Origin: a virus
IMG/VR virus record: IMGVR_UViG_3300003323_000920
DNA length: 64,000 nt
Strand: one strand, 5' to 3'
The translations under genes and the position numbers were made by a program. Positions 1-10,588 of this stretch are shown here, piece by piece. Position 1 is the first letter of the stretch. Each line of letters starts with the position of its first letter. The notes beneath the pieces were generated by a model. The model worked only from the letters and a program-made list of their open reading frames with translations, was not told where the DNA came from and searched no databases.

Positions 1-235
1 CTGCCAATAAACAACCTGTAACAGACCCCATTGCCGCCCCTGAACAATATAGTAATCGGTCTTTCATAGTACCAAAACAAATTTTCTTAACATTCCAAGA
101 CCACACAAATGATATCAAGAATCCCACTATGAAAATACCTACCCATAACTTATGAGCAATTTGATAAGTGTTACAACTAACGAGAGCTACTTGAATAAAA
201 CCTGTCAGGAATAACTTAATTGATTCTTTATTCAT
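1..235 (-). CDS. small hydrophobic membrane protein, truncated by window edge
   Basis: Read by hand: MNKESIKLFLTGFIQVALVSCNTYQIAHKLWVGIFIVGFLISFVWSWNVKK...; ATG overlaps the stop of 228..581. Confidence 0.55.
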   Translation of the reverse strand, partial: MNKESIKLFLTGFIQVALVSCNTYQIAHKLWVGIFIVGFLISFVWSWNVKKICFGTMKDRLLYCSGAAMGSVTGCLLA

Positions 236-581
236 TGGTTAAGGGTTTCCAGTTTACAGTAACTACGGTGGGGGACTTCTTACTTTCAATATATCCTGCC
301 AATAGTGCGCTATAGTTTGCCAAATCCCTAAGAGTATCTATAACAGATTCATCTTTTACTTGTAATTCCCCATTTTGAACAAAAGAAGAAATCCGTTTCA
401 TTTTATCAAACATTCTAGTCAGAAATCCGTGTTCAGTTTTAATTCCTAATACTTCAACTGAAGTAAAATTGGAAAAGGGGTCTTGTGCTTGGCCAGTATA
501 GTCGGCATTCTTTTTCTTAGAAAGTTCCACACATTGTCCAAAAAAAGATGTCGCAAATTCAAAATATTGTTCTTTTGTCAT
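228..581 (-). CDS. DUF1599 / nucleotide-modification-associated domain 1-like protein
   Basis: KKNADY...FSNF...LTRMFDKMKRI...DESVIDTLRDLANYS pattern. Confidence 0.7.
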   Translation of the reverse strand: MTKEQYFEFATSFFGQCVELSKKKNADYTGQAQDPFSNFTSVEVLGIKTEHGFLTRMFDKMKRISSFVQNGELQVKDESVIDTLRDLANYSALLAGYIESKKSPTVVTVNWKPLTNE

Positions 582-928
582 TTTAATTGTTTTTCAAGTT
601 TTTCAAATGCTGCTGTAAAGGCTGCCTTTTCCGCCTCTCTACGTTCATCAAATCCATTGTCTAACATTCCATTTTTGGATTGTCCAATACCATACCCAAA
701 CGAATCACCATCTCTCGCTATAAAAACGTAAACTTCGTTCTCATCAAAGAACTCATACATACCCCGTTGCATTTTGATAGTAATGTCAACAAGCATATTG
801 GGATCCATTTGTTCTTTCATATTTGGAGGAATACCTGGCCCGTCAAATCCCTTTAAACAGAATTTCTTTAACTTTTCAACGGATTTGGGGAACTTTATTT
901 TAATTTCTTCAGTATTTAATGGTGTCAT
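578..928 (-). CDS. hypothetical phage protein
   Basis: Overlapping start/stop in operon; C-terminal RREAEKAAFTAAFEKLE helix. Confidence 0.6.
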   Translation of the reverse strand: MTPLNTEEIKIKFPKSVEKLKKFCLKGFDGPGIPPNMKEQMDPNMLVDITIKMQRGMYEFFDENEVYVFIARDGDSFGYGIGQSKNGMLDNGFDERREAEKAAFTAAFEKLEKQLK

Positions 929-1995
929 AATGCAAATTCTTTTATTGAAAGATTACCGCGATTTCTATAATTGTCATATGCTATTCTCCATTCATTTTTT
1001 TCAGTATGCCATTTAATCTCTTTTAAAGCCTCATATACACCTTTATAATGCCGTCCTCTGTAGTCAAATCCATTCATTCCTTGTTTAGCATGATTATCGC
1101 TTGTATGCCATACCAATGGCCTTAAAAAGGCATTACTGTCGCCCACAATGAAATCCACCGGCTCGATCCGGTAATCTGGAAATAACTCAGAAAGAGCGTA
1201 CACATACAAGCCATTTTGGATAAAGTACTTATCATCAAGGTAAGCCCATTCAAAAGTCTCTACTTGAAATGTAATTTTAATATCCCAGGGTTTTATATAG
1301 AGACGTGTCTTATTGATCATCATGCGATCAATCTTTCCCCTAATTATATAACCATCAATTTCAATTTCAAAAGGAAACTGATTTAAATATTCTACCTCAT
1401 CTTCAGTATCCTGTGGATTGAATATTTCAAATGTATTAGGATCTCTGAGTAACTGATCGGTGATCACTTTTGCTTTTTCCACCTCTTCTAGGGTTACAAC
1501 CATTTTGTTCATGGATTTACGAAACTCCATATAATAATCATAACCCACTTTTTTCTCCAGAAACTCAGTTAATACATAGGTGAGATCTTTCTTCTTAAAT
1601 TTAACCTCATTACCGGCAGCATCAAACTTGACTTCATTGAAAGCGATTTCAATTAACTCATCCAAATCTTTTTGGATCACATCGTTTTTATCTACAGCTT
1701 CTACAGTCCTCTTTTTCAAGACTTCAACGAAATCCAACATTTGTCCGTTTGGTTTTGGGGCAGATGTGAGAACAAACTGTTTATCAAAATCTTGTTCTTT
1801 GGTTAAAGGGTTGCAGGTGAGATTGAAATCAACTAAATTACCCAACCGGATACTATCGTTTTCCTCTTTTGTTTTCTCTTTTAATATATACTTCTTTCTA
1901 AATTTAGTCCTGTTGTCCAGGAACATTTTGATTGCGCTGTAACTAAGATATTTTATATCTACCGGAGCTTGTAATTGAGAGGTTCCTGAAACCAT
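925..1995 (-). CDS. PD-(D/E)XK exonuclease (RecE/exonuclease VIII-like)
   Basis: LSYSAIKMF N-terminus; IRGKIDRMMI...IKPWDIK catalytic motif; QNGLY. Confidence 0.8.
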   Translation of the reverse strand: MVSGTSQLQAPVDIKYLSYSAIKMFLDNRTKFRKKYILKEKTKEENDSIRLGNLVDFNLTCNPLTKEQDFDKQFVLTSAPKPNGQMLDFVEVLKKRTVEAVDKNDVIQKDLDELIEIAFNEVKFDAAGNEVKFKKKDLTYVLTEFLEKKVGYDYYMEFRKSMNKMVVTLEEVEKAKVITDQLLRDPNTFEIFNPQDTEDEVEYLNQFPFEIEIDGYIIRGKIDRMMINKTRLYIKPWDIKITFQVETFEWAYLDDKYFIQNGLYVYALSELFPDYRIEPVDFIVGDSNAFLRPLVWHTSDNHAKQGMNGFDYRGRHYKGVYEALKEIKWHTEKNEWRIAYDNYRNRGNLSIKEFAL

Positions 1996-2414
1996 TAGGA
2001 TAGAGAAAATTTGTTTTCTATTGGACTGTCTTTGACACGTATTACTTTTCCCGCATCATTTCTTAAAGTCTCTCTTCTATAGGTAACAAACTTAAACTTT
2101 CTGGAAAAAAAGTTTTCATTACACCAATTAAGAAATGACTTTTTAGGTTTATTATCAATAATTTCAATATATTTGATAACAGCTTTAGGTGTCTCTTCCA
2201 TGGGAACTAAAACCCCTCCCATAAGAGCATTATGGTTTGCATACAACTCCCATCCTCTAGCTTTAGAGAATTGATCTGCCTTGGAGCAAGGAAAATACAC
2301 TACTTTCAAAGAATTGGGTGCTTGATTATCATCTATAGCAAAAATATTTAACCGCCTTCCCTTTTCATCGTACTTTTGAAAATTTGCAAATATTTTATTC
2401 ATAAAAAATTTCAT
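1995..2414 (-). CDS. hypothetical phage protein
   Basis: 139-aa ORF coupled to neighbours. Confidence 0.55.
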   Translation of the reverse strand: MKFFMNKIFANFQKYDEKGRRLNIFAIDDNQAPNSLKVVYFPCSKADQFSKARGWELYANHNALMGGVLVPMEETPKAVIKYIEIIDNKPKKSFLNWCNENFFSRKFKFVTYRRETLRNDAGKVIRVKDSPIENKFSLS

Positions 2415-3442
2415 TTACTTGTTTTTGGGAACGAATAAAAACCAACACTTGATTTTGTTTCTTTATTATATTCTGATTCGTGTGGTAATTGCTTCATTTG
2501 TTTTAAACGTTCCACAGTCATATCAAAATCATTGCCTAATATTGCCACACATTTTATCAACTCTGCCAGGTGTGCCATGGTCATTTCTTCTGTGGCATTT
2601 ACCCACTTATCTATACCGATTGCCGACAAATCATCCGCCTTTAGTTTGTGTTCAAAATAAATCTTACGAGCTTCAGCAGATGGGTATTTAACTTCCACAC
2701 GTAAATCAAAACGAGATGGTCTATTTACAATTCTTTCATTCAAGTGTGAGATGAAGTTTGTTGTTGCCACATGAACTACATTTGCCATTTGGTTAACACC
2801 ATCTAAAATGTTTAAAAGAGTGGTCTCATTTTCCTTATAAGAACACAGTCCATCTATATCCTCAAAAACTGTAATCACCGGACGATCAGGCTCAATTATC
2901 CGTAATATCTCCCCGGTAAAAGTGTAGTATAACCCTAATTCACCAGTCTGTGAAATATAGAACACCACCCCATCCAGCTCATCCACCAAGTATTTACATA
3001 ATTGATTAATGATAGTTGTTTTTCCACCTCCGGCGACACCGTATAGTAATACTCCCCTTTTATATGTGAAACCGTATTCATCGAATTTCGCCTTCCTTTT
3101 CCAGAATGTCTGAATACCATCTAAAACCTCATCCGCCTCCTTACTGGGCAATTTAATAATCTCATCAAGATTCAGAGTCTTCTTATGTAGATAAATTCCA
3201 ATAGCATCAGAGGCACGAAGATTATACACTCCCGCATCTAACCGTTTTTGTGTTTTACTATTATCTGTTGGGATGAACGTATTTGATCCACGTTTCATCC
3301 ATTGACTATATTGTACTTTTTCTTCTGTTTGATTTTTTTCAGCCATTTCTAGTTCATTGTTATCAATTAAATCACTTGTGTCAAAAATAATAAGCGATCC
3401 ATCTTTCGGATCTGCATTCCATTCAAAATTGAATTGTTCCAT
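2411..3442 (-). CDS. AAA+ ATPase (FtsH/BCS1-like classical clade)
   Basis: Walker A GVAGGGKT, Walker B VFEDID, sensor ATTN, arginine finger RPSRFD. Confidence 0.9.
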   Translation of the reverse strand: MEQFNFEWNADPKDGSLIIFDTSDLIDNNELEMAEKNQTEEKVQYSQWMKRGSNTFIPTDNSKTQKRLDAGVYNLRASDAIGIYLHKKTLNLDEIIKLPSKEADEVLDGIQTFWKRKAKFDEYGFTYKRGVLLYGVAGGGKTTIINQLCKYLVDELDGVVFYISQTGELGLYYTFTGEILRIIEPDRPVITVFEDIDGLCSYKENETTLLNILDGVNQMANVVHVATTNFISHLNERIVNRPSRFDLRVEVKYPSAEARKIYFEHKLKADDLSAIGIDKWVNATEEMTMAHLAELIKCVAILGNDFDMTVERLKQMKQLPHESEYNKETKSSVGFYSFPKTSK

Positions 3443-4094
3443 TCGATAAATATTGATCTATTGTTTTGATTGGGTATTTTATCTTTCTTTCCTTTCCAGT
3501 TGCAGTTTTTAAATAAGCAGCGGGGCAGAACGTACACTCAAAAAGTTTATCAGGCTTAATCAAATTCACATACATTTTATATTTATCAAATAGGAACTTT
3601 TGGTTATTAATAAACAACCTCGTCATATTAGAAAAATCAAAAGAACTTTTACATTCAATGAGTGTAAAAATCCTTCCATTCTCGTCTTTATGACCAATAA
3701 ATGTTTTGTCAAATTTGGTATTGCTACCTATTATCCAAACTAAATTATCAGCTTTCTTATTCCATACAACATGGAATTCGGGCGTGTAGGAAGATGGCCG
3801 GAGTACTACCTGATCTTTGGTGCGAGAACTTGTACCTCTTTTTATTGGTTCAGTATAATAATTATAAAAGCCCTCCGTTAAAAGAAAGGATTTTGCTCTC
3901 TCTATCTCTTCTATATACCCTTTCTCTTTGAGTTCAAATAACCATTGTAGGGTATACAATTCAGTAAGGGATTCGTGGGGGATTCCTTTATATTGACCTA
4001 CTCCAGGTTTAATTTTTTTTTCTTTCTTCTTGGCCGATGCTCTTTTCTTTATGGAAGCATCGTTACGTACACTGGGTTTTCTATTTTTGGGCAT
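3423..4094 (-). CDS. PD-(D/E)XK-family endonuclease, crAss-like
   Basis: ESLTE...SYTPEF...LIECK motif (YTPDF/ExK variant). Confidence 0.6.
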   Translation of the reverse strand: MPKNRKPSVRNDASIKKRASAKKKEKKIKPGVGQYKGIPHESLTELYTLQWLFELKEKGYIEEIERAKSFLLTEGFYNYYTEPIKRGTSSRTKDQVVLRPSSYTPEFHVVWNKKADNLVWIIGSNTKFDKTFIGHKDENGRIFTLIECKSSFDFSNMTRLFINNQKFLFDKYKMYVNLIKPDKLFECTFCPAAYLKTATGKERKIKYPIKTIDQYLSNGTIQF

Positions 4095-4446
4095 TCTGTT
4101 TTTCTTCCGCTATCTGCTCCTCAATATCTATTTGTCTATACTTCGTTTTTTTCTTTGGAAACAATTCTATGTATTTACAGTGACTGGATTTCCATATGTT
4201 ATTGATACACTCCTCAACTTTTGATATCGAATCCCAATATTTAATCACAACAGTAAATATTGATGAATTAGGGTTTATGAGAATGGTTTCAAATATTTCT
4301 TGATCCGTACAGTTTATATAGTATTTAATTCCAGTTTTGTCCTTAATTTGTTTTTGATAAGAAGGTTTTCCTAATATTTTTTGCCAATCACTCGCCACAT
4401 ACATAAGCGAATAACCGGCAGTCAAAAGTTCATCAGTCGTAACCAT
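4081..4446 (-). CDS. hypothetical phage protein
   Basis: 121-aa ORF downstream of a TAnnTTTG promoter. Confidence 0.5.
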   Translation of the reverse strand: MVTTDELLTAGYSLMYVASDWQKILGKPSYQKQIKDKTGIKYYINCTDQEIFETILINPNSSIFTVVIKYWDSISKVEECINNIWKSSHCKYIELFPKKKTKYRQIDIEEQIAEEKQNAQK

Positions 4447-4470
4447 TTTTCCAATTTTTCTATTATTCTA

Positions 4471-4478
4471 CAAATTTA
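4471..4478 (-). promoter_or_regulatory. Bacteroidota-type -7 promoter element (TAAATTTG)
   Basis: caaattta on + strand, 25 nt upstream of the 4446 start. Confidence 0.5.
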
Positions 4479-4479
4479 C

Positions 4480-5223
4480 TCAATTTTCCTTATACTCAAA
4501 CTCTTCTGCCCATAATATTTCTAAATTTCTTTCTTTTTTAAGAAATTCATTTGTTTTTGAGAATATTCCGTTGGAACGCCACGTTCGTCTTTCTTTGAGA
4601 GCCTTTATTGGATGCTCACATTTTATTATCTGATGAGTTGTATTTGTAAAAATTTCTGAGAATTCCTTTGCTTGATCACCAATTAAAATGCAAGCCAGGG
4701 TCGCCGGATAATCATTGCGTATTTTTTCCAATACAGCATCCATGAATGGTTTCCATAATTGGAAATGTGAAACATTATCCCCCTCCATGGCTGTAATCCC
4801 GGAATTAAGCATCAATACTCCCTGTTCGGCAAGAAAATTCAAATTTTGATTCAGATATAAATTAAGGTTTAATCCCCCATGTAATTCTCTCTCAATTCCC
4901 TGGTACCAGTGATTTTCTATTAAATCCACTGATCCTTCAACAAGACTGGCAGAAAGAGCAAGTCCATCAGCCAATACAAATGTTCCCTGCTTATTAGTAT
5001 GCTTATAGTTATAGGGTCCATCGGCAATCAACACTACTTTTAAATTTTCATAAGGACACAAATTAAACGGTCTCCAAAAATGACGAGATGCTGGGTATAT
5101 TGTTGCCCCAGCTGCATGATCATTCCGCAATTGAGCATATATGTGATCAAAATATTCACAATCAATAAAGGGGGATAGGAATTGCTTCCACCCCACTTCA
5201 ATATCAAATTTATCTGGATTCAT
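4480..5223 (-). CDS. ung: uracil-DNA glycosylase family 1-like protein with altered catalytic motifs
   Basis: LKVVLIADGPY (cf. VKVVILGQDPY), ADGLALS, QGVLMLN, CEHP. Confidence 0.75.
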   Translation of the reverse strand: MNPDKFDIEVGWKQFLSPFIDCEYFDHIYAQLRNDHAAGATIYPASRHFWRPFNLCPYENLKVVLIADGPYNYKHTNKQGTFVLADGLALSASLVEGSVDLIENHWYQGIERELHGGLNLNLYLNQNLNFLAEQGVLMLNSGITAMEGDNVSHFQLWKPFMDAVLEKIRNDYPATLACILIGDQAKEFSEIFTNTTHQIIKCEHPIKALKERRTWRSNGIFSKTNEFLKKERNLEILWAEEFEYKEN

Positions 5224-5240
5224 CCCATGTGAATTTACAG

Positions 5241-6809
5241 TTAATCTTCCCCCTCTTCTATACCGAAGTATTCCATTGCGGCAGATTGACCTATTGCTTC
5301 CAGAAAATCATCTTTTCCAAAATGTCTAATGATATCAGTGATATCAAAATTATCCAATATTTCACCTTGCTCTGCGCCTACAATCGTGACATAATTTCTA
5401 CTAGAGCTATGTGATACAGTTATTTCTTTGGCTTTGATTTCTAAATCCATATTATTTTTGTTTTATTAATTCAAGTTCCTTTTTCTCTACAACAGTAAAA
5501 GATCCAGAAATTTCATGTATAACTTCACCATTTTTCAATGACCCATCTTTCAACCACAGCTCTAAATTATCCTTATCACCAATCCATGTAAATTCCCCCT
5601 GATAAGGGTAATCATGCTGTACTATATAATACTTTTCGATCTTATCCATTGTATTTAACATTAAAAAATTGAAAGGCTTCCGAATCCTTTTCTATACTGT
5701 GACCCCACTCCCCATGTGCAGTATTGTAAACCTTACTCAGCCTTCCATTATCGAAAATTAAATCGTAGGCTACATACATATATTCTTCTTTACCAAATTT
5801 ATTGTAGAACAAATATCCTCTTGTTTCTCTCTTTGTCGTTGTCATATAATACTAGAAGTTAAATTAGTGGCAGTGGCATTCGTCTTGTGGAAACATATCA
5901 TCCTCAAAATTCGTTGTATCCATAGTAATGTGAGAATTAGAAAAAATAATTCGTGCTATATAAGATGTAAAGTTATCAGACAATACATCTTTTACAAAAG
6001 GCAATTCCAATTCTGCGTTATCAACTATCAATTTCATTTTGTGTTGAGTCTTATCTCCATACTTCCAAGGAAGGCTTCCAATCCAATATTTTTTTATTGA
6101 TTCATTCCTTGTTTCGTAGCACTCATGAAAAGTAATCTCATACTCCTTACTCTTACATGATATTTTCACATTTAACCAATTAAATGGCGATCCATTCTCT
6201 TCAATGGATAAATAGTAGTCTTTCGGATCGTCCTCATCCATATCTTCGATAAACTGCTTTAAAATGTCAGAGAAATTAATCTCTTTATCTACTCGTGTCA
6301 GAATTTTACTAACTACCGGTATAAAAGATTTGGCAACAGCTGTATTTGCAATTAAATCGATTTCTTTACTCAATTTATCATTGATCAAACTAACTATATC
6401 CGGCAATTCCAAACCATGACCGACCTCCTGCTTTTCCAACTCTGCTTTTAATGCTTTGCGATATGGAGAACCGTATCCGCTGTAAAATTCCTTGATCTCC
6501 TCAATTGCTCCCTTCATAGCAAACTCATTAGCCTTCTGTTTGAGAGCTTCGGTATCAATCATTGGTAATATTTCCATTGTGTTCATTTTATTTTGTTCCT
6601 TTTTCATAAACTACTTTTGGATATTTAGATTTCTCAACCAACTGATCAACTTTTGCTTTTGCTTGCGCAAAGGCTGAATCACCTACACACTTATCAATGG
6701 TAACCCAATCATAATATGGTTCCCTATCTCTTGGATCAGAAAATGTAGGTTTGTATTCTTGCACTTCATATTTCGATTCTTCAGTTTGTACAACACGATA
6801 CTTACTCAT
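5241..6809 (-). other. five hypothetical ORFs (5241-5450, 5452-5661, 5642-5845, 5864-6607, 6588-6809)
   Basis: Co-oriented, abutting ORFs from the ORF track; no motif recognised. Confidence 0.55.
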
Positions 6810-7789
6810 ATTATTTTTTTTTCTTTTAGTAGTTTAATTAATTCCTTCAACCCATAGTTTTTTACCAAATCTGAAGGATCCTTTGATTTTGTTTCTTGAT
6901 AATATTTCTGTGGTACATTCCAGTATTTAAATCCATACTGGTTGTAAAATTTACAACTCCTTACCCCGGCAGCATCGTTATCAAATATGATATACACCTC
7001 CTTGCAAGATTGCAACATCTCTAAATTTTGCTGGTTTATGGCTACTTCACTCTCATTCTGTGTAGCACACACATAGGGGTAAATGGCCGATAATACCAGA
7101 TAATCTTTATGAGATTTCGTCACAATCACCTTCTGTTGTCCAATAACATTCTCCAAACCGTGCATTCGGTCATTGGGTGTGTTATTCCAAATCCATTTCC
7201 ATTTACGCTCAACTAAGGGGCGATAAATCTTCCAATAGGGATCGTAATGGTAGGCGAATTTTAAGCTGGAGTCTTCTATCAGTTTTCCATTTTTCCAAAG
7301 CTCCTTAATAGCATAGACGTGGTTAGCTACAAGTTCTGATTTGGTTATTTCATATTGCTTCCAGTATGCGAGTTCCTCTTGTGTAAAGTCTCTAGATATT
7401 ACCTCAATTACATCGGGTACTTTTTGTTTTAAATTTCCCGGTTTTTTAAAATCAGCAATAATTCTTTGGTATTCTTTATTATTTTTTCTAATACTGAAGT
7501 CATTTTCAATTTTTAATATAGCATCTTTATATGAAATATTATATAGTTGCTGTACAAAATTTATACAATTTCCAGCCTTGGTGGCATCTCCATAATCTTT
7601 ATGAAATAAAGAGCCATCAGAAGCAACCTTAATTCTAAATGATGGATGATCATCCTCCCTAAAAGGAGAACTTATGTTCCTGGATGTAGAAAATTTATTA
7701 CCTAAATAATAGGAATAAATATAATATGGGTCAACTTTATCAAGAATATTCTCAAATTTCTCTGACTTTTTGGGCGTACCCTTAACCAT
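6806..7789 (-). CDS. DNA primase (degenerate Zn-binding domain plus Toprim)
   Basis: SSPFREDDHPSF...DYG...GNCINFVQQL N-domain; IIFDNDAAG Toprim DxD; KDPSD. Confidence 0.85.
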   Translation of the reverse strand: MVKGTPKKSEKFENILDKVDPYYIYSYYLGNKFSTSRNISSPFREDDHPSFRIKVASDGSLFHKDYGDATKAGNCINFVQQLYNISYKDAILKIENDFSIRKNNKEYQRIIADFKKPGNLKQKVPDVIEVISRDFTQEELAYWKQYEITKSELVANHVYAIKELWKNGKLIEDSSLKFAYHYDPYWKIYRPLVERKWKWIWNNTPNDRMHGLENVIGQQKVIVTKSHKDYLVLSAIYPYVCATQNESEVAINQQNLEMLQSCKEVYIIFDNDAAGVRSCKFYNQYGFKYWNVPQKYYQETKSKDPSDLVKNYGLKELIKLLKEKKII

Positions 7790-7822
7790 TTCTCACAAAA
7801 ACTAAAATCCATTTATTTCTGT

Positions 7823-8785
7823 CTAAAAGATTCTGTCCACGATGGTGGCTAGATACCCATAATCTAATTTGAATTCTTGCCCTTCTTCTTTTTTCCTTTC
7901 CGCATGATTTTTTAGACCATCTATCAGCTCCATAAAATAAGCCACATCTACGCCGATTAATTGATCTTCTAAAGTATCCAAATTGGTTAAATCCAATTTC
8001 GATATCTGAAATGCCATTTTTAAATATTGCCCGGCATTAATAGTCCATCCACGCTTTAAGAATTTCCTGGTACGAATTACTGAAGCTAGAGGATATTTAG
8101 AGCCTATGTACTGAAGTTCTTTGGAAAGTAAGGATTCTAACGCTTCTTGTTTAAGTGTAACTTTCCTTTCCTTTGAAGACCAATAATTAGTACAATGTAC
8201 ATAATCATAGTTATCGTGAATTTCCTCCGGATTTCCATAAAATCTAATAATCAACTGTACATTGTCTGATAATGTAATAGCATTCGCTGAAAGGAAAACC
8301 GGTCTGTATCGTTCTTTCACAACTTCTACGGCCTCAGTAGCATTATTTATTACATCTTCTTTCTCAGTTAAAGATTCAACTAAATTATTTACATAATTCT
8401 CCCCCTCTTCAGCTGGTCGTGATTCAAAATATTGATAATTATTTTTATCGTTTTCTCCGGCAATTCCAGCAGATTTTATATGTATTTTAACCCTTTCCGT
8501 TTCAGCATCCACATATATTAATATTGGCTTACTATCTTTATGTTTTGGTTTTTTTATTTTCTTAAATTCCTCTACATAATAGTTAGCAACTGCTACCACA
8601 GTTTCCTTATTGGTAAAGTAAATATCATAATCATTTACATCTTCACGCAATAACATAGAGGCAATACATCCTCCCGTAATTAGGGAATTTTCTTCTACAA
8701 GATCCCTAACTTTATCATCTTTTATTGATTGTAAAAAATCATCAAATTTTTTACACATTACAGCATTTATTGTTTTCTTTTTCAT
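7823..8785 (-). CDS. DNA polymerase beta-superfamily nucleotidyltransferase-like protein
   Basis: LITGGCIASMLLREDVNDYDIYF (GG...DxD signature); RTRKFLKRGW C-terminal motif. Confidence 0.7.
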   Translation of the reverse strand: MKKKTINAVMCKKFDDFLQSIKDDKVRDLVEENSLITGGCIASMLLREDVNDYDIYFTNKETVVAVANYYVEEFKKIKKPKHKDSKPILIYVDAETERVKIHIKSAGIAGENDKNNYQYFESRPAEEGENYVNNLVESLTEKEDVINNATEAVEVVKERYRPVFLSANAITLSDNVQLIIRFYGNPEEIHDNYDYVHCTNYWSSKERKVTLKQEALESLLSKELQYIGSKYPLASVIRTRKFLKRGWTINAGQYLKMAFQISKLDLTNLDTLEDQLIGVDVAYFMELIDGLKNHAERKKEEGQEFKLDYGYLATIVDRIF

Positions 8786-8801
8786 ATTTATTTTTTAATT
8801 T

Positions 8802-8832
8802 AAAAAGAACCCTCCCTGAAAAAGGAGGGTAT
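8802..8832 (-). terminator. intrinsic terminator after the SSB gene
   Basis: accctcc/ggagggt 7-bp stem with A-tract on the left of the + strand; coordinates approximate. Confidence 0.65.
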
Positions 8833-8862
8833 ACAGTTAGGCCATTAAACTATTACTCATGT

Positions 8863-9732
8863 TTAGAAAGGTAAATCATCATCAGCTGGTGGGGGATCCG
8901 CTTTAGGAGCTGCTGATACTTCTTGTGTTTTAACCGAATTATTTGATGGAACATATTTTTGGAAAGGTTCCAGTTTATAAAAATCTTTGCAGCCAAATTT
9001 CTCTTTAGTTATATTTTTTGTAAACCATTCTATATCCTTTGGTGCTTTTACTCCAGGTTTAAAATAATTTACTGTAGGATTACCAAATATCTCAGCAGGT
9101 AAGAAATCCAAATTGCAAACATTTTGAACTTGATGAGGTTGTGAGTTTTTTTCATAACTATTAATCGTGGCAAGCACTACTACTTTTTGTTCAGAAAAAG
9201 TAGATACAACATCATGTAACTCGCGGAAATTACCACGGAGCAATTTGTTAAGGTTGAATTCCAATTCTGCATCATCGCCTTTTAAGCACAACCATTTCCG
9301 CATGAAGTTATAAAATGCACTCTCACCTTCTTTAGCAAGCCTATATGGTCTGCTGGCAAATGTGGATTTCAATTCATCCTCAGATTTTGCCCAAGCCTCC
9401 CACCCTAGATTGTTCAAATATTGATAGGTTTCGGATTTTGATTTTCCTCGTACTTTATCCCATATAGTAAATCTTAATGGAAGGTATGTTCCGGTGGTAG
9501 TTTCTTTTAGAATGATGGAGATTGTAACCGTGTCTGTACCATCTTTTGCTGTGTCGATGTACTCAGGATCCTTTTCTACCTTCCACCCCAAAGCCTGCAT
9601 TTGCTCTTTAGACATATTAATACCTACTACATTACATTCAGCAATGCCTGTATATAGCTTTTTCTCAAACTTTTTTCTTTCTTGATTTTCAGCAGGAGTA
9701 TTGGTACTCTCTTGCCCTTTTACTATTGCCAT
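8863..9732 (-). CDS. single-stranded DNA-binding protein, crAss-type
   Basis: Adjacent to ERF and primase; acidic tail PPPADDDLPF typical of Bacteroidota/crAss SSBs. Confidence 0.6.
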   Translation of the reverse strand: MAIVKGQESTNTPAENQERKKFEKKLYTGIAECNVVGINMSKEQMQALGWKVEKDPEYIDTAKDGTDTVTISIILKETTTGTYLPLRFTIWDKVRGKSKSETYQYLNNLGWEAWAKSEDELKSTFASRPYRLAKEGESAFYNFMRKWLCLKGDDAELEFNLNKLLRGNFRELHDVVSTFSEQKVVVLATINSYEKNSQPHQVQNVCNLDFLPAEIFGNPTVNYFKPGVKAPKDIEWFTKNITKEKFGCKDFYKLEPFQKYVPSNNSVKTQEVSAAPKADPPPADDDLPF

Positions 9733-9743
9733 TATTATAATTT

Positions 9744-10385
9744 TTAAATATCTGCATCAGTCATTAATGACTGTTGTACTGCTTTGGTAATTCGATACTG
9801 TGCTTTTAAACTGTCCAAGTTGCCCTCTTTCTTGACTATCTCAACAGCTGTAAGATATTCTGGTAACAATTCGGTAGAACCCAAAGCTGTTCTATTTAAG
9901 AAAGGCTTTTTTTCTTCTTCGGACCTATCTGGTTTTTCGCCAGGCTTATTGCCATCATTATCCTTATCAATATTTAAATTGAGAATGGAAACAATTGCGA
10001 ATCGTCGCCCATAGGTAACAGCAGCTCCCCATTTTTGAGAATCCTCATAAGAATCACTTCTCCAAACTATAGCACCTTCCCTATCCTTTTCTTTATTCTG
10101 AGAAGGTTCAATATTAAGTTTGAAAGTAGTCATCATATATTGCCCACTTTTTCCATGAACAACCATGGCAGTCATACAATTATTACCAGTTGGTAAACAA
10201 GTAATAACAAGACCAGTTTCAGCCAATTTAGGTTCCACTTCATTTAATATTGCAGAAAGATCTGCATATTTGGCTTTGAAGAAGGGGTTATCTTCTGTTT
10301 TATAGATTTTACCTACCTTATTCTTAAACTCCAGGATGGCACTAAACAATTCCTTAATTTCTTGAGAAAATTTAATTTCTTCCAT
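9744..10385 (-). CDS. erf: ERF-family ssDNA-annealing recombinase
   Basis: NPFFKAKYADLSAIL and QKWGAAVTYGRRFAIVSILNL...DNDG motifs. Confidence 0.9.
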   Translation of the reverse strand: MEEIKFSQEIKELFSAILEFKNKVGKIYKTEDNPFFKAKYADLSAILNEVEPKLAETGLVITCLPTGNNCMTAMVVHGKSGQYMMTTFKLNIEPSQNKEKDREGAIVWRSDSYEDSQKWGAAVTYGRRFAIVSILNLNIDKDNDGNKPGEKPDRSEEEKKPFLNRTALGSTELLPEYLTAVEIVKKEGNLDSLKAQYRITKAVQQSLMTDADI

Positions 10386-10399
10386 TTATATTATTTATG

Positions 10400-10439
10400 C
10401 AAATATAAGAAAAATAAGTTAATTGGAAAATAGAAAAAT
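10400..10439 (-). promoter_or_regulatory. TATATTTG promoter element plus 19-nt motif AATTGGAAAATAGAAAAAT
   Basis: caaatata at 10400-10407; the motif at 10421-10439 recurs exactly, inverted, at 42320 and 42383. Confidence 0.6.
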
Positions 10440-10588
10440 AGAAAATATAATTAGGCAAATTTTTTTATCCCATTGGATCATTATTCCAGCTGAAACACTG
10501 ATTATAAGATCCCTTTACTCTTTTAAATCCCAGAAAGAACCCCCGGACGGTCTCCAGTCTAATGCCAAATTTTGATTTAACTAATTTC

